Of a stretch of 64,000 nt of DNA, positions 50,418 through 63,400 are shown in pieces (positions within the stretch are counted from its first letter, which is position 1; the number at the start of each line of letters is the position of its first letter). Under the pieces are notes generated by a model that was not told the origin of the DNA, ran no database searches, and saw only the letters and a list, made by a program, of their open reading frames with translations. Origin of the DNA: Parasitella parasitica NRRL 2501 (Eukaryota > Fungi > Mucoromycota). The stretch is from assembly GCA_025201805.1 (NCBI GenBank), contig MU619258.1:124001-188000 (forward strand), given 5' to 3'. The position numbers and the translations under genes are program-made.

Positions 50418-53400
50418 ATGACTCACAAGTTGCTTTCATCACCATCAATTCCTACAATTGTCAAAAATAAGCGACATCGACCCAATGAAAAACCACTCGA
50501 TGAAGAAGACATCAATGTTATTGTAAATATTCTAGGAAATCAGTTGTTGAATGTAAAGAAATTAATCATGGTTGAAAAAGGTATTATATAATAGGAATTT
50601 TTGTCGAGTCTTTTTTTCATTGATGCATTATGCCGAATATACACATTAGATACTTATACACCCTCTGCGGCTGTCACCTTTTTACTCCGTAGAATGGATG
50701 TCGACACACAGAATGCTCAATCACTCGAGATCTATTGTTTAATGACAGCATTTATGACAGTGTATCTCTGCTTCATCAGGCTGCTGATCCACCAGCAAGA
50801 GTTTGACCACTTTATGCAGCTGTTCAACGACCATGACTCGCTACTAAATCAAGATAATCAGCCATTTTTGTGGTTTTATGCAGTGCACCACATGTCAGTA
50901 GAGGATGATCTGCATAAACAATTGATGACAACCGGCAGAAATGCGCACTCACACCCCCATCTGATCCTCGCAAACATAGACTCTATTTTTTCCAAATTTT
51001 ATACGCATTACTTTCTCGAAATGTCAGCGGCTAAACACCAAAAGGATCACGGTCAGTTTTACACACCTCAATCTGTGTTGCGCTTCATGTGGGATAAATG
51101 CGCTGATGTAGCCCACCTCATTACACGGCTGCAACAAAAGAGCATGTGCAGTGTATTTGATCCCTGCCTCGGCATCGGCTCTTTTCTATGCGAATTCTTG
51201 ACACGACTCATCAAGGCCTGCCAGTTATCATTATGGAATGATCCACAACGACTAGCTCACCTCCTTCTATACGACATTCCAAATCATATCTACGGCATTG
51301 AAATCGATCCTTTTGCTTACCAGCTCTGCAAAATGAATATGATGGTACATCTGTATCCACTATATCGACGCATTAACGAGCTTAAAGTGCAACTACCACC
51401 GAAATCTATCCATCGCTTGAAACTTTTCTGTAATGATACGCTCAAACTGGCAGTTAAATCAAACCCTTTTTGGAATACAGAATCAACAGACCCCTTTGAG
51501 AAACACTGGCTAGATCAATTGCGCGATGCCTCCAAATTGAAGTTTGATTTTATTGTGACGAATCCACCCTACATGATAAGAAAAACAGGCTTCATCACTC
51601 AACCAGACTCTGCTATTTATGATGAATCAAAGCTAGGTGGCGCAAAGATATCTCAGGCTTACTTGTATTTCATGTGGATTACTCTCCAAAGATGCGACGA
51701 TTCCAACGGTCAAGTATGTCTCATTACACCTAGCCAATGGATGGTGTTGGAATTTGCAGAGCAATTAAGGTACATTGCATACACTTAGTCTGACATGCTG
51801 TTAATGCTACTGACGTTATACAATAAGAAACTGGATTTGGGACAATTGTAAATTATTAGACATCTATGAATTTGAACCCTATAAAGTGTGGCCCAAGGTA
51901 CAAACAGATTCGCTCATTTTTCGCATATGCAAACGCTCAAGCACGTTGCCCAACTCAAATCACACTCTATACCTTCGCCATGTGGGCAAAAATACTAACT
52001 TAAGGCAGCTATTAGAAATTTACCAGGAGTTTAGACCTGACCAGCCGATTGCAGACCATTCACTCAAGTATAAACTTACAGCACTCACACAAGAAAACAG
52101 AGTGCTCCAAACAAACCATTCGTCTTTCTCGTTTCTTTTACCGTCAGTCTCCTTTTTGGACCAGCTCAATAGCATAACTCAGCACCTGGCTCGTATTTGT
52201 GATAGTGATCCCTCCAGATCAAACACGGCGCCTCTCGTTTGGAACCGAGGTCCGAACACAAATCCAGTGTACTCGTTAGTGGTGCGCACAAGCTGGGCAG
52301 TAGAAACATTTGGGCAAGAAACCTGTGATCGATGGCTGAAGCCCTGCTTTTACTGGAACGGAAAAACCATCTCAGCTGCTACAGGAGGTGGGAAAGAAGG
52401 CACGTTTTGGAAAGACAGAGATCCTTTTCGATTGAGCAAAAAAGAAACATCAGCAGCAGAAGCATACCTACCATACTACAATGCAGATGTCCCATTTTAC
52501 TCTATGATCATGGTTAATAAGGAAGACGCAGAAAAGCTCAAGGAAGACTACGCCAACAACGGTGTATGGGCTGCCCTGTACTCTTATCTTCAAGATGCTC
52601 GTATTGCGCTTCAAGCTGATAAAAAGGAGGAGGACATAGCAAATTGCCAATACAACAAGTGTGGATTAGTGCCTGTAAAAATCGTACACCCTATCAATTG
52701 CGGCTACTTTACTCGATCACAACCACGGCCTCGTTTCTTTGTCGACAGGCACAAAATGGCAGTAACAAACCAATGTATATACTTCACTGTGAAACCAGAT
52801 TATCCGTGGCAAGATCCAGACTTTTTCTGTGGTTTGTTGAACAGCACATTGCTAATGTTTTTCATCAAGTTGCATTGCAGCTATGACCAGCAAGGCCGCA
52901 TGCGTTTTTTTGGCAGATTGATGGCCTACATTCCGTTTGCGCCACCTCTGTCTTTTGAATACATGCAGTGGGTATCTGGATTTGTTCAGGCTGCGACTAT
53001 TGTGAGATCGTACTTGTATAAAACGATACGCTATTCGAAAGGAAGCCAGAAATTAATAGAAAGAGTGCGCAACTTTGAGTGGCATATAACACAAGCAGAG
53101 CTGGGGATTCTGGGTCGATTTGAGCCACCATTGGATTGGAAAGATTCGTTACCGAATGTAACGCAACATGGATGGATTATTGAACTTTTTAAAAAAGTTA
53201 ACACTCATGAAAATATTCAAGATGCGTTTAATATTATGTTGAGGCTTAACTCCTTGTTTCAATTTGCTATTGACCAAATGATTTATCATATGTATCGAAT
53301 CCCTGAAAACCTTCAGCTAGAAATAGAGCATGACTTGAAACTAGATAATTTACGCCAAGAATGGTTGACTTTCAATACACCAACCCTAGACGACTCGACT

Positions 53401-53463
53401 CAGCCTGAAGAATGGCACGAATCTATACTATCTATCGCTCAATCTTTTGTTAATAAACCATGA
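50418..53463 (+). CDS. N6-adenine DNA methyltransferase of bacterial restriction-modification type (Eco57I/TaqI-like gamma class with C-terminal target-recognition domain); introns 50581-50649 and ~51770-51827
   Basis: Motif X GQFYTP, motif I FDPCLGIGSFL, YGIEIDPFAYQL, motif IV FDFIVTNPPY, LRNWIW..LLDIYEFEPYKVWPKVQTDSLI, TRD-like FFVD...NQCIY...FCGLLNSTLL and end IDQMIYHMYRI. The start could alternatively be 50265. Confidence 0.9.
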
Positions 53464-53963
53464 GTAGAGTGGAGCAAGTTGTAATAATTCATATTACATG
53501 ATGTCTCATTTTACATGAAACATCCAATTAATATAAATAGGTTCAACTTTTACTTGATATTGGAACGGTAGTGAAAATAACTGTTCTGAAATTAATTAAT
53601 ACTATAATTAAAAGTCTGACAAGTCTTACTATCACAATTGATCTGCCACTTCAGATCAACATCTAATATCATAAAGGTGGAGTTTACCGCCATAAACTTA
53701 CTTTCATACATTGCTGTCGATTACTACTTGTCCAGTAATATTCACGTATATAATTTTAGTAAGAAATGGCCCAGATAGCAATGTCAGCAATTAAAAATGC
53801 CAACTTGACATTAACATAGTACATCATTCTACTTTTTTTCTACTAGATGATCGTACACTATCACACAAGCTGGCTCAATAGTGAAGACAGTATCAACAAA
53901 AATTAAATTATTCCTAGACGTCTTCAATCTATAATGATTAGAGTCTTTTATGCTTCATAAGAA

Positions 53964-54620
53964 CAGGCATGATCATCGCTATCTGAGCATAACTTGATTT
54001 TTACTGGGCGATTTCCTTATCAAAAGTTATCTGCAAAAACACCTTCGCGTTTTTTGTGCCGGAGTTTAAAAGTGTTAATCACGTGATTTTTTGTATCTCC
54101 TTTTGAAGTAATTTCCTTGGATATGAAGTATATTTAATAAGAATTTTGATGATATTAATGGAACTGAAGTTATATATGGTGTAATAAATAGTATCACTAT
54201 CTATTCCAAAACATATATCAACGCAGTATGAATCATTTGAGGAATAGAATATAAGATCATGAAATATATTTCAACACGAGCAGCTAATAAGATCATAATA
54301 AAATGTTAATGTTATTACAGTTAATGACAACAATGTTTTTGAAAATTTCAAGCATTTGCTCATAACTTTTGCTAAAGGAACTGTAGACCTGGGATCGAGA
54401 GCCTGTTAAATGTAGCGACAAGTCAGCTCTATGAAATGAAAGCATTTATATCCATGAAAATATCTGTAAAGCTTTTTACAGAAATGAGAAAGCAGTAAAG
54501 ACTATTAATTTACCAGATATCTTACTAATATATTATAATGTCATTTGTTCGTAAGAACTTGTCTATTTATATTAAATACGTCCATAAAAATCAATCTATG
54601 AATACAATCAGATCATATTT
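53964..54620 (+). repeat. Dispersed non-coding repeat, copy B (inverted relative to copy A)
   Basis: CAGGCATGATCATCGCTATCTGAGCATA...TATCAAAAGTTATCTGCAAAAA...TTAATCACGTGA matches the reverse complement of 14396-14522. Weaker blocks continue to ~54620. Confidence 0.75.
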
Positions 54621-56274
54621 GGCATTCAATTGTCAAACAAGATTATAACACAACACTAGCCAGAGCAAAATTTAATCAGTTAATCATTTTGAATTTGAAT
54701 CATTCGTCGATAAGTTAAGCTTCGAAATTTAGCATAAGTTGATATTTTTTGATAGACAAGACATTTTATAACGAATCTATTTGTTATAGAATCATCGCGA
54801 CATTTAACCTTAAATCTGATCAAGAATAGTTGCCATGACAATGTAGCGGAAATAGTGCTAATCATCGTACTGTATTCCATGGATACAACAAATTTTACTG
54901 AAATACAAAAAAAAAAAAAAAAAAGGCGAACAGACGTGCGCATATTCAAGTATAAAGTCCCTTCCTCCAATGGTAAATAGCATTTTTTGGAACACTGTGC
55001 TTTTGACTTTTGACTTTGACTTTGACTTTTGGTGATTATTATTAACGCAAATTGAGGTTATAAAAGCACAAAGTATTCTCAAAAAACGTCATTAGGCAAT
55101 GGAGGCTCTGTATTATCCAAATAGCTAAGCTTAAGCTAGCAATAGTCAATGGTGAGCGCCGTAAAAGCATTGAGGATCGTCCCAATTTCTATTTCAATTT
55201 GTCCCAAGAAAAAAGGTCAAGTGTTTCAACTTTATTTACTATTTGTACTAATAATCGTAAAATCTTGTACTGTCAATTCTGCCTTGAGATCAAGTGGCGG
55301 AGCATAAGAGTCTGAATATTAGCCTAATTAACAAGTTTAGCAGAAGATAAAGTTATACTAAAAGATAGAGCAGCATGCTGTACTGAAGCAGGAAACATAC
55401 AAAAAGTGTTAGCATCAGAATACAAGATTTTGAGATTCTGCATTTGAAAGCACAGCATGCAAAGGTTCATTAAAGGTATCCGGCAGATGTCTCACCGTTT
55501 TCTCGTCAATGACGGCCTTGTGCGTGAAATGATGCAGTTTCTTGCATAACGATAGGAAGGAGATTAGAAAAGATACGAGAGTCTTCATACTGCCAAAGAA
55601 TTTGTTGTGCTAATTTATTTGACAAATTCGCTATTCACTCCTGTTCCGACTTACCCAATGAGCAACAGATTTGACAATAAGCTTAACTGTATCTTATGCA
55701 TCCTGAGAAAGTAAGTAGGCTGTAGCGCAAAACTATCTACGAGGACGCCTTTATAATCCAATGCGCACAGACCGATAATAGAGTTCTACAGCCAGGAAGT
55801 GGAAACAAGTACTTATTTTTCGGGTTCCTGACATTCAAAATGATCGTAAGGGTGTGTGGTTTGGAGTCCTTTAGCCGAGACTTGAATAATTTATATTAAT
55901 ACAAGCCAACGATAGTTCATGTAAGGCACTTCACATTACATTTTCTATTACCACTGAGCGATTTACAGAAGGAATTGATATGTCATCATCAGTTATGGAT
56001 CTAGCACTCGAGTAAGAAAAACCTGGGGATTATATCACAAATTAGACAATTAAGTTTTTGATTAGCCATTTTAATATATTTTTTCAGTTTGATTTGAACG
56101 TCGATCTTTTTGTTTGGTTTCTATATTTATAGATTTAGTCCTTGTCTCGACCAATTGCAAAACGTTATTGAAACACAGTTTTTATTAGTTTTTTTTTTTT
56201 GTTGGAAACACTCTTTCTTTCTTTTCTTTCTTTAGTTTTATATTATAAACATATAGGTGAAAATTGAGAAAAGG

Positions 56275-56817
56275 ATGGCTACAACAATGCAACAGTGTTT
56301 GGATTCTTCCATGGTTTGGCTGGCCATGTATTTCTTCTTGAATCTAGGTCTTACTCTGTACAATAAAGTCATCATGGCCATGTTCCAATTCCCTTTCCCT
56401 TGGGCTTTAACAGCTATTCATACCCTCTGCGGCACCATAGGTTCTTACATTTTTTGGAAATGTGGTATCTTCAAACCCTCAAAATTAGGTGAACGAGAAA
56501 ATATGGTCATGCTGATGTTCTCAGTGTTATATACTATTAATATTGCCATTAGCAATGTTTCTCTGTAAGTAAAATCTGTGTTGTGGGGGTTGCCCTGTTT
56601 GGCTAATTATTTTTTACTTTGAAATATAGCAACTTGGTAACTGTTCCTGTAAGTACGAAAAGTTTGTTTTGCGGAAAGCATGCGGGTTAATTATGGCAAT
56701 TTAGTTTCATCAAGTGGTTAGAGCAATGACACCTGTATTTACCGTCATGTTGAACGTTTTATTCTTGAAGAAAACGTATTCAGGTATGGTTTACACTTCG
56801 CTTGTCCCTGTAAGTAT

Positions 56818-56884
<67 letters not shown>

Positions 56885-57631
56885 CGAAAGCTCTTCTAAC
56901 AAAGACCCCTATATTAGGTTATTGCTGGCGTCGCTTTCGCTACTTTTGGAGATTACAACTATACTGCCATAGGGTTCATTTTAACAGTGTTGGGTACAGT
57001 GTTGGCAGCAATCAAAACTGTGGTTACGAACCGTGTTCAGGTTGGACGTCTCAAGCTCCACCCTTTGGATTTATTATTACGAATGTCTCCTTTGGCCTTT
57101 ATCCAAACCATGCTTTATTCATACGCTACTGGTGAAATGGAGCTTGTCCAAGAATATTTTCACACAAACCTGACTTCAAGTGTTTTTTTCGCTTTACTGT
57201 TGAATGGTGTCATTGCCTTCTTTTTGAACGTTGTAAGTTTTACTGCCAACAAGAAAACTTCAGCTTTGACGATGACAGTTGCAGGTATGTAGTAATCAAT
57301 GAGAGAGGGAAAAACGCAGAGCTAAAGGACATTTTGTTTAGGCAATGTCAAGCAGGTTCTTTCAATTGTTTTAGCAGTGATCATTTTTGATCTGAGTATT
57401 ACGGCAACAAATGGTTTAGGTATTCTTTTAACATTGGCTGGTGGTGCCTGGTACAGGTAATGTTGCATTTTAGAATAGAACTTTGATGCAAGATATTGAT
57501 AAGCATATCTTTTTAGCGATGTTCAATTGAAGGAGAGCCGTAAGAAGAGTAAATTAATGGGTGGAGATTCTTTGTTGGGCGTGAGCGATAAGAATGAAAG
57601 TGAGCTTTCGACTATCAAGACTCAAAAATAA
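56275..57631 (+). CDS. Triose-phosphate/nucleotide-sugar transporter family protein (SLC35E-like), with a 19-nt micro-exon
   Basis: WLAMYFFLNLGLTLYNK, FPFPWALTAIH, INIAISNVSL/NLVTVP/FHQVVRAMTPVFT, LHPLDLLLRMSPLA and SFTANKKTSALTMTVAGNVKQ. Confidence 0.93.
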
Positions 57632-58129
57632 TCCAACAGCAATAAGTCGAATGATTGTTAATTTTATATAGATGGATTCCCCCACCCCTCTTTGTTTTTT
57701 GTTTCTTTTTTGTCGAATTTTGTTATTACTTTTTCTTTAGGATAGATATTCCCTTGGGTTTTCACAATCTGAACTCACAAAAAAAAAACCCCCCAAAGAA
57801 ATAAAAAGAGTAATGTTCATAAAGAACTACTGTCGAGCGATACGCGCGTTCTTATATTCAATTTCGAGCAATGTAAACATCTTTAATTTTGTAACGTGTC
57901 AAATGATCACATTACTGTTGTATAATAATGAGACAATACATGTGGTTGTCATACAGGCAAAGCATGTTACATCAGCTTATAGACTTTATGTAGATCGAAG
58001 ATGTCACGTAATGTTATTTCTAAAGCATTACCATAGTTTAGTATAAAATATTTCTATAATCGTTCAAAATATTGTTGTCGTTTTCTGTCTTTGTCCTTGA
58101 TTATGTTGATTCAACTCTTCCCTTACCTG

Positions 58130-58400
58130 CATCGACATTCGCCGTTGTCGAGGCGACTATACTCCTGCTTTGCCATGCTGAGAGGCTCCTAACGTAGTCC
58201 ACAGAGCGTCTGCGAATCTCCACTCTCTTATCTGCCGCCTGGTCATTGCGGTTACTTTTTCGTGCCCATTGCAGTTATAGCATTGCTTCGTGGCAAGAAG
58301 CTTTGTGCAGTTTACACGATAATAGCCCTCCTCCTGACAATACTTACAGTGGTCATACATGGTGCTCCAATATCACAAACCTTTCGATCATCTTTGCTGG
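58130..58400 (-). mobile_element. Degenerate retroelement ORF1/gag remnant (two CCHC-type zinc knuckles)
   Basis: (W)STMYDHCKYCQEEGYYRVNC...CYNCNGH: decayed CX2CX4HX4C knuckles typical of non-LTR ORF1. No intact ORF. Confidence 0.55.
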
Positions 58401-58674
58401 ATGAAGTAGTCTCCCAATTGGCTTGACTCTACTATTATTTTGTATTTTTTAATCTGGTCTCAAAAGCCACGGCATTTTAGTTTAGGGGATAAATAAACAT
58501 CTATTCAGCACCTGTCGAGGGTCAAGATACATCAATAGCAAGAAAAGATATTTTTCAGGCAATGTTTAAAATACAAATGCAAGTTTATTTTAAAAGGGCA
58601 ATACTTTCAGCAGTGCTGTAGAGTTTCTATGTACTATCAGATAAAAGTAATTTAAATAACACTACATTGAAGCA

Positions 58675-60387
58675 TTAAGCATATAAAAATATCTCTCCTT
58701 CCGCACAGCCGAATAATAGCAATTGATCTGTTGGTATAATATTAAAGGAACTAACAGCAGATTTGATAATCGAAGGTTTGAATTTTGAGGAGTATGCTTG
58801 AAACTATGGACAATATAATATAATTTAATGTCTTGTGCATGATATATGATATTAATGATAAAATTAACTTACATCGTCGTTGATGGGAATAAACGATACA
58901 GAATTATTGCCATTGATTGTCAATATCTCATCCTTGTATATATCTAAAGAAGTGACATCTTGTGAGGCAGAGATAGTCTTGACCAAAGCTAATCTGTTTA
59001 CATTCCAACAGCAAATTAAATGGTCTGCTGGTGCACAGGACAATAGTAGATCATCTGTATAGAATTTCATCTGTTTTGAAGTGTAAGATTGGACATTTGT
59101 TTGAATATATGCATACTGTCAAACATACTGATGTTATCTCGGTGTCTCCTCCTTTCCAACTAGCCACAAGGGTGCCTGTTCTTGATTCAACTAGCGAAAT
59201 GGCACCAGTTGAAAAGCCAACAGCAACCAAGGTTTCTGCAGGATTCACTGCAATCACTCGAATGACACCATTCACCATACAGTTTGACTTCCATGTGTGC
59301 AATGGCAAATAGTTGTGCGCATCAAAAAAGGTGATGTTGCCTTCAATCGTGCCTCCAACTAAATGCCTGGATTGAAATATGGGCTTGAGAGATACAACCG
59401 AAGATCTTCCACCTGAAAACTGATGTAGACCTGAACCAGTCTCAGGATCCCATAACTTTTTATAAAGACTATTAGCTATTATGCACTTTCAGCAGTTGTC
59501 AAAACTTACATGAACATGCCCATCGCAACTAGCTACGATATCATTCAAGCCGCCAGTAGTCAAGAAATGAACATCATTGATTGTAGCTCTTTTATGGCCT
59601 GTATAGGTAACCAAACTCTCTGAAAATGGATTGGTTTCCCAATGTTCAATACCTCGATGCACGTTTAATGACCAGATTTTGACAGTTTTGTCTCTCGAGC
59701 CCGAAGCAAATATTTTTGCAGACTCGTTTACAGCAAATGTGCGTATGGCAGCACTATGACCAGCAAACCCCCTCAATTTAAGATCATTAAACGAAAATTG
59801 CATTGATTTTGACATTTCTTCGGAGTTTGTAGACAAAAATCGGTTCCAGTTTCTACGTTGTAGGTTAATATGGCATAATATGGCAAGTCTTTTCTGTACA
59901 CACGTACTTTTTATCCTCTGGTGATGGCTTCCATTTTGTTTTCCAGGGCAATACGCTTGTTGGCACTTTAGTTTTACCTTCTTTCTCGTTGGGTTTAATA
60001 AGCGTATTATCGCTTGATTTTGGCTTTGGGTTCTCTGCAATTAACAAAGTAGACGTAGCAGATGTTGCTGATGAAGAAATGGTGTTGGCTACCGAAATCA
60101 CGTTATTGGTTGATGCCATATCAAGCTTATTATCCACACAGTTGGAATGTGTAAAACCGAACAACTGGATGTCTCTTGTTGCAAATTCATACAATCGAGT
60201 AGCGTCAATGTGCTGTATGCTATTCTTTCCAGTTCTTATAGATAAATCGTCTGTAATCATATTTGCGGACGACTTTGATGATATAGAGGATGCATCATTT
60301 TCTGCCTGGGCTGGTTTCTTGTTAGATACCATCCAAGCCATAAATTTGCTGTTGCTACTGCTTGGTTGGGGTTGCTGCTGCTGCTGC

Positions 60388-60420
<33 letters not shown>

Positions 60421-63400
60421 GAAAAAATAGAGGTTGTGTCTGATTTGGTTGACGAGATACTTATAGGAGCTCTCCTTCTCGTAGGCAGCGAAGTAGAAAC
60501 AGACGCTGTTAATTCTTCAATTGGTATATTTTGACTGCATGAAAAGTGATTAAACATCATTGTCTCGATGGAATCACTAAAAGAATCAGATATCAGTATC
60601 TTAAGGCATTGTATTGACAGACTAATTACAATACCTTGTTGGTATCACACGCCTTAACTTTTCAATGGATGCAATATGACTAAACTTGTGGTAAGCATAC
60701 ATCATTTGGTAGCTTTTTTGTGCTGCAAGTGAACTTGAAGCTTTATTTTTGACCGAATCACCATCGCCATCGTCGGTATCAAGCGTAAATCCAGAAAAAT
60801 ACTTTTGCAGTGTCGATACAATCTATATATAATACATTTGTCATTAAAACACGCATTTAAAAATACATCGTATACTTGCCGTTGATTCCCATTCTTGGAC
60901 TGTTAGCTTCTGACTTGCCATTAACAGATAGTCGATAGTTTTCATACTTAAAGTCAATCGTAATTTCATCTGTTCAGGTGCAATTAATTTGACATCGTCA
61001 GCTGTATGAATAGGCTCAAGTAGCTGGTATAGAGTTGAAATAAACCCTGATTTGAGTTCTGTCACTAATGCTTCATTCGACATGTAGGGTACCAGGTCTT
61101 GTAGCAATGTCAATATGGAGCAAATACATTTAGTGTTCTTGCTTGACATGGATTTACGATAGCTATCGATCAAACTGATCAGATAAGCGTATTGCACAGA
61201 GGTAAATGTAGACCCAAATCCTCCAATGATATGCACAGTCGTTCGAATTAGTGGGTATCGTATATGGTTGCCTCGTAATATGATTTTTACTAGTTGTCGA
61301 ACGATATGCTTGGACGTCAGTATTGGGCCAAGTAAGTTGCAAATATGGGTCATTGCATCTCCAGCAAGATCTGAGGTGGGCTTTGATTTTTCAGTGGTTG
61401 TTTCTGCTGATACTGTTATGGTTGGCGTGGGTGCTGTTATTTTTGAGCTGCTCTGCTTTTTATTGTCGCATGCAGGGTCATGGATGGCAAGCGCTTCAAG
61501 ATAGCATGGCAGCAACTGCTGTAAGAACACTGTGATTCCCAATCTTTTGACGAATTCGTTTATGATTTTGTGTGTAAAGAGTATTCTTGGTATATTAGGT
61601 CGTAGCGCCTCAAACATCGAAATTATCCTCTTTAGCAGATATGTGCGAGCCTTTTCAGGTCCCAATCTTTGAGCTAGTTTTGGGAATAAACTGATCGACC
61701 CAATGCGTGTTTCGATGTGCGTAAATAGCTGAGAGAAACTAGGCAATAGTAACAAAAATGCCTACAGTCTTTGTTAGTCAGAAGTGTTGCATAAGTAGGC
61801 TAAAACTTACTTCGTCTTCTAAATCACAAATACGGTCGATCCATTTATCGGCCAGATACAGTCTTCTCGACCACTCTGCCTGATGAAAAGCAGCAAGATA
61901 ATCATACATTTCGGGTACAGTGTCAGGAAAAGGGAAGGAGCAACGACTACTTTGTACACTCACTACAGGAAACGATGCACAGAGTATAGCTTTGGCTGTA
62001 GGTCTATCTTGCCAATGATCCGATTTAAGAGCTGAGATAACATTTGTAACAGCAGGCGACATATCCGCTTTGCCTGTGGTTGTAATGTCGCAAGATGCTT
62101 CGCCATTCCGTGCTTCAAAATACCCACTAGCAGATGCATGAGGCAGCTCCCCGCCTAAATCAACTGCTTTAAAGTTACCAGCAGTATAGATACTTTCGAT
62201 GACATGACTCAGACAGTACATGTCATGCGACGCGCTGATAGAAAATGGATTAGGGGCTTTGCTGGAGGATGTATCCCTGGGATCAATAGTAAAACGCTGA
62301 GGTGGGTTTGGATACACTGGATTGAGCACAACCTCTGCCTTATTCATGGATTTATACTTGGCCGCAAACGCAACCATATCTTCAAAATGATCCAAATCAT
62401 CAATAAAATGCATTTCATCCATGTGAAGAGGCATTCGGATAGGCTCGCTTCGAAGCACCGAAATGAAGGGTTCCGCTGCTGCTATAGACGACGGTAAACT
62501 GCGACTAGTGTCAATGGAAGAAGCGGACGAGTGAATTGAAGGTGTACGGTCCCTGTTGGTATTGATGGATGCAGCAGTAGTGGTCCCTGTTGGTGATGCG
62601 TTTGCCATATGGGAAAGCAAGCCTGTCGTTGCACTATCGACACTAGTACTGTTTGATAAGATAGTCTGTCTGGTGAGGACACTGTTGCTTCTGTGCGATT
62701 TTGAAATTGCAGGAGCTGTTGCTGTTGCTTGTGCGGCAGGCACATCTATAATTGTGCTTGACTCCAATGTATCTGTATTTGCTATAGAAGCTGCAAGATG
62801 CATCGTTGTCGGTGAGTTTGCCGTCGATATCTGATCCCTTTTCCAGTTGCATCCACGCTGAGGGTGTTTATCTTTGAATAGCTGGATAATGCCATGTTTC
62901 ATAAAACTATTTTGCCCAGCCAGCAACGGTAATGCCACATTCTTAGCTTCGATGGCACCTTTTCCCGTTAAATCATTGCCAAACGTAAGGTCAATCCAGT
63001 GATGCAAATTAAATGATACATAATCGCTCTCAAGTGCTTCTGAATGCTTCAAAATGAAATCCTCTGGCGACTCTGCCCACTTTGGGATTTGGATGTCTGG
63101 CATGTCTGCATGCACTGATTTAAAAATGGTTGGATCTGTGTAGAATTCGGGTATACATTCATCGGGTGTCCATTGATACAATCGTTGCATGGATGAAGGG
63201 TATTCATTGGGTTCGTATTTAGATCTTACAAATTGGCACAGAACTGGTATAGGTGTTTTTCGAGCTTGATAAACATAATATGTGATATCCGATAAAATGT
63301 CAGTGATATGGTGTGGCACAGGTCCGTCAAAGGTGAAATCCAACTGCTCATCCCCTTTATTGATACGAAATTTGGTTTGTTTAAAGTTGCGCCATCCATC

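Noticed and set aside
56820-56882. Very long poly(A) as a retroposon tail
   Set aside because: Intronic homopolymer with no upstream element or TSD; long A/T runs are common throughout this assembly.
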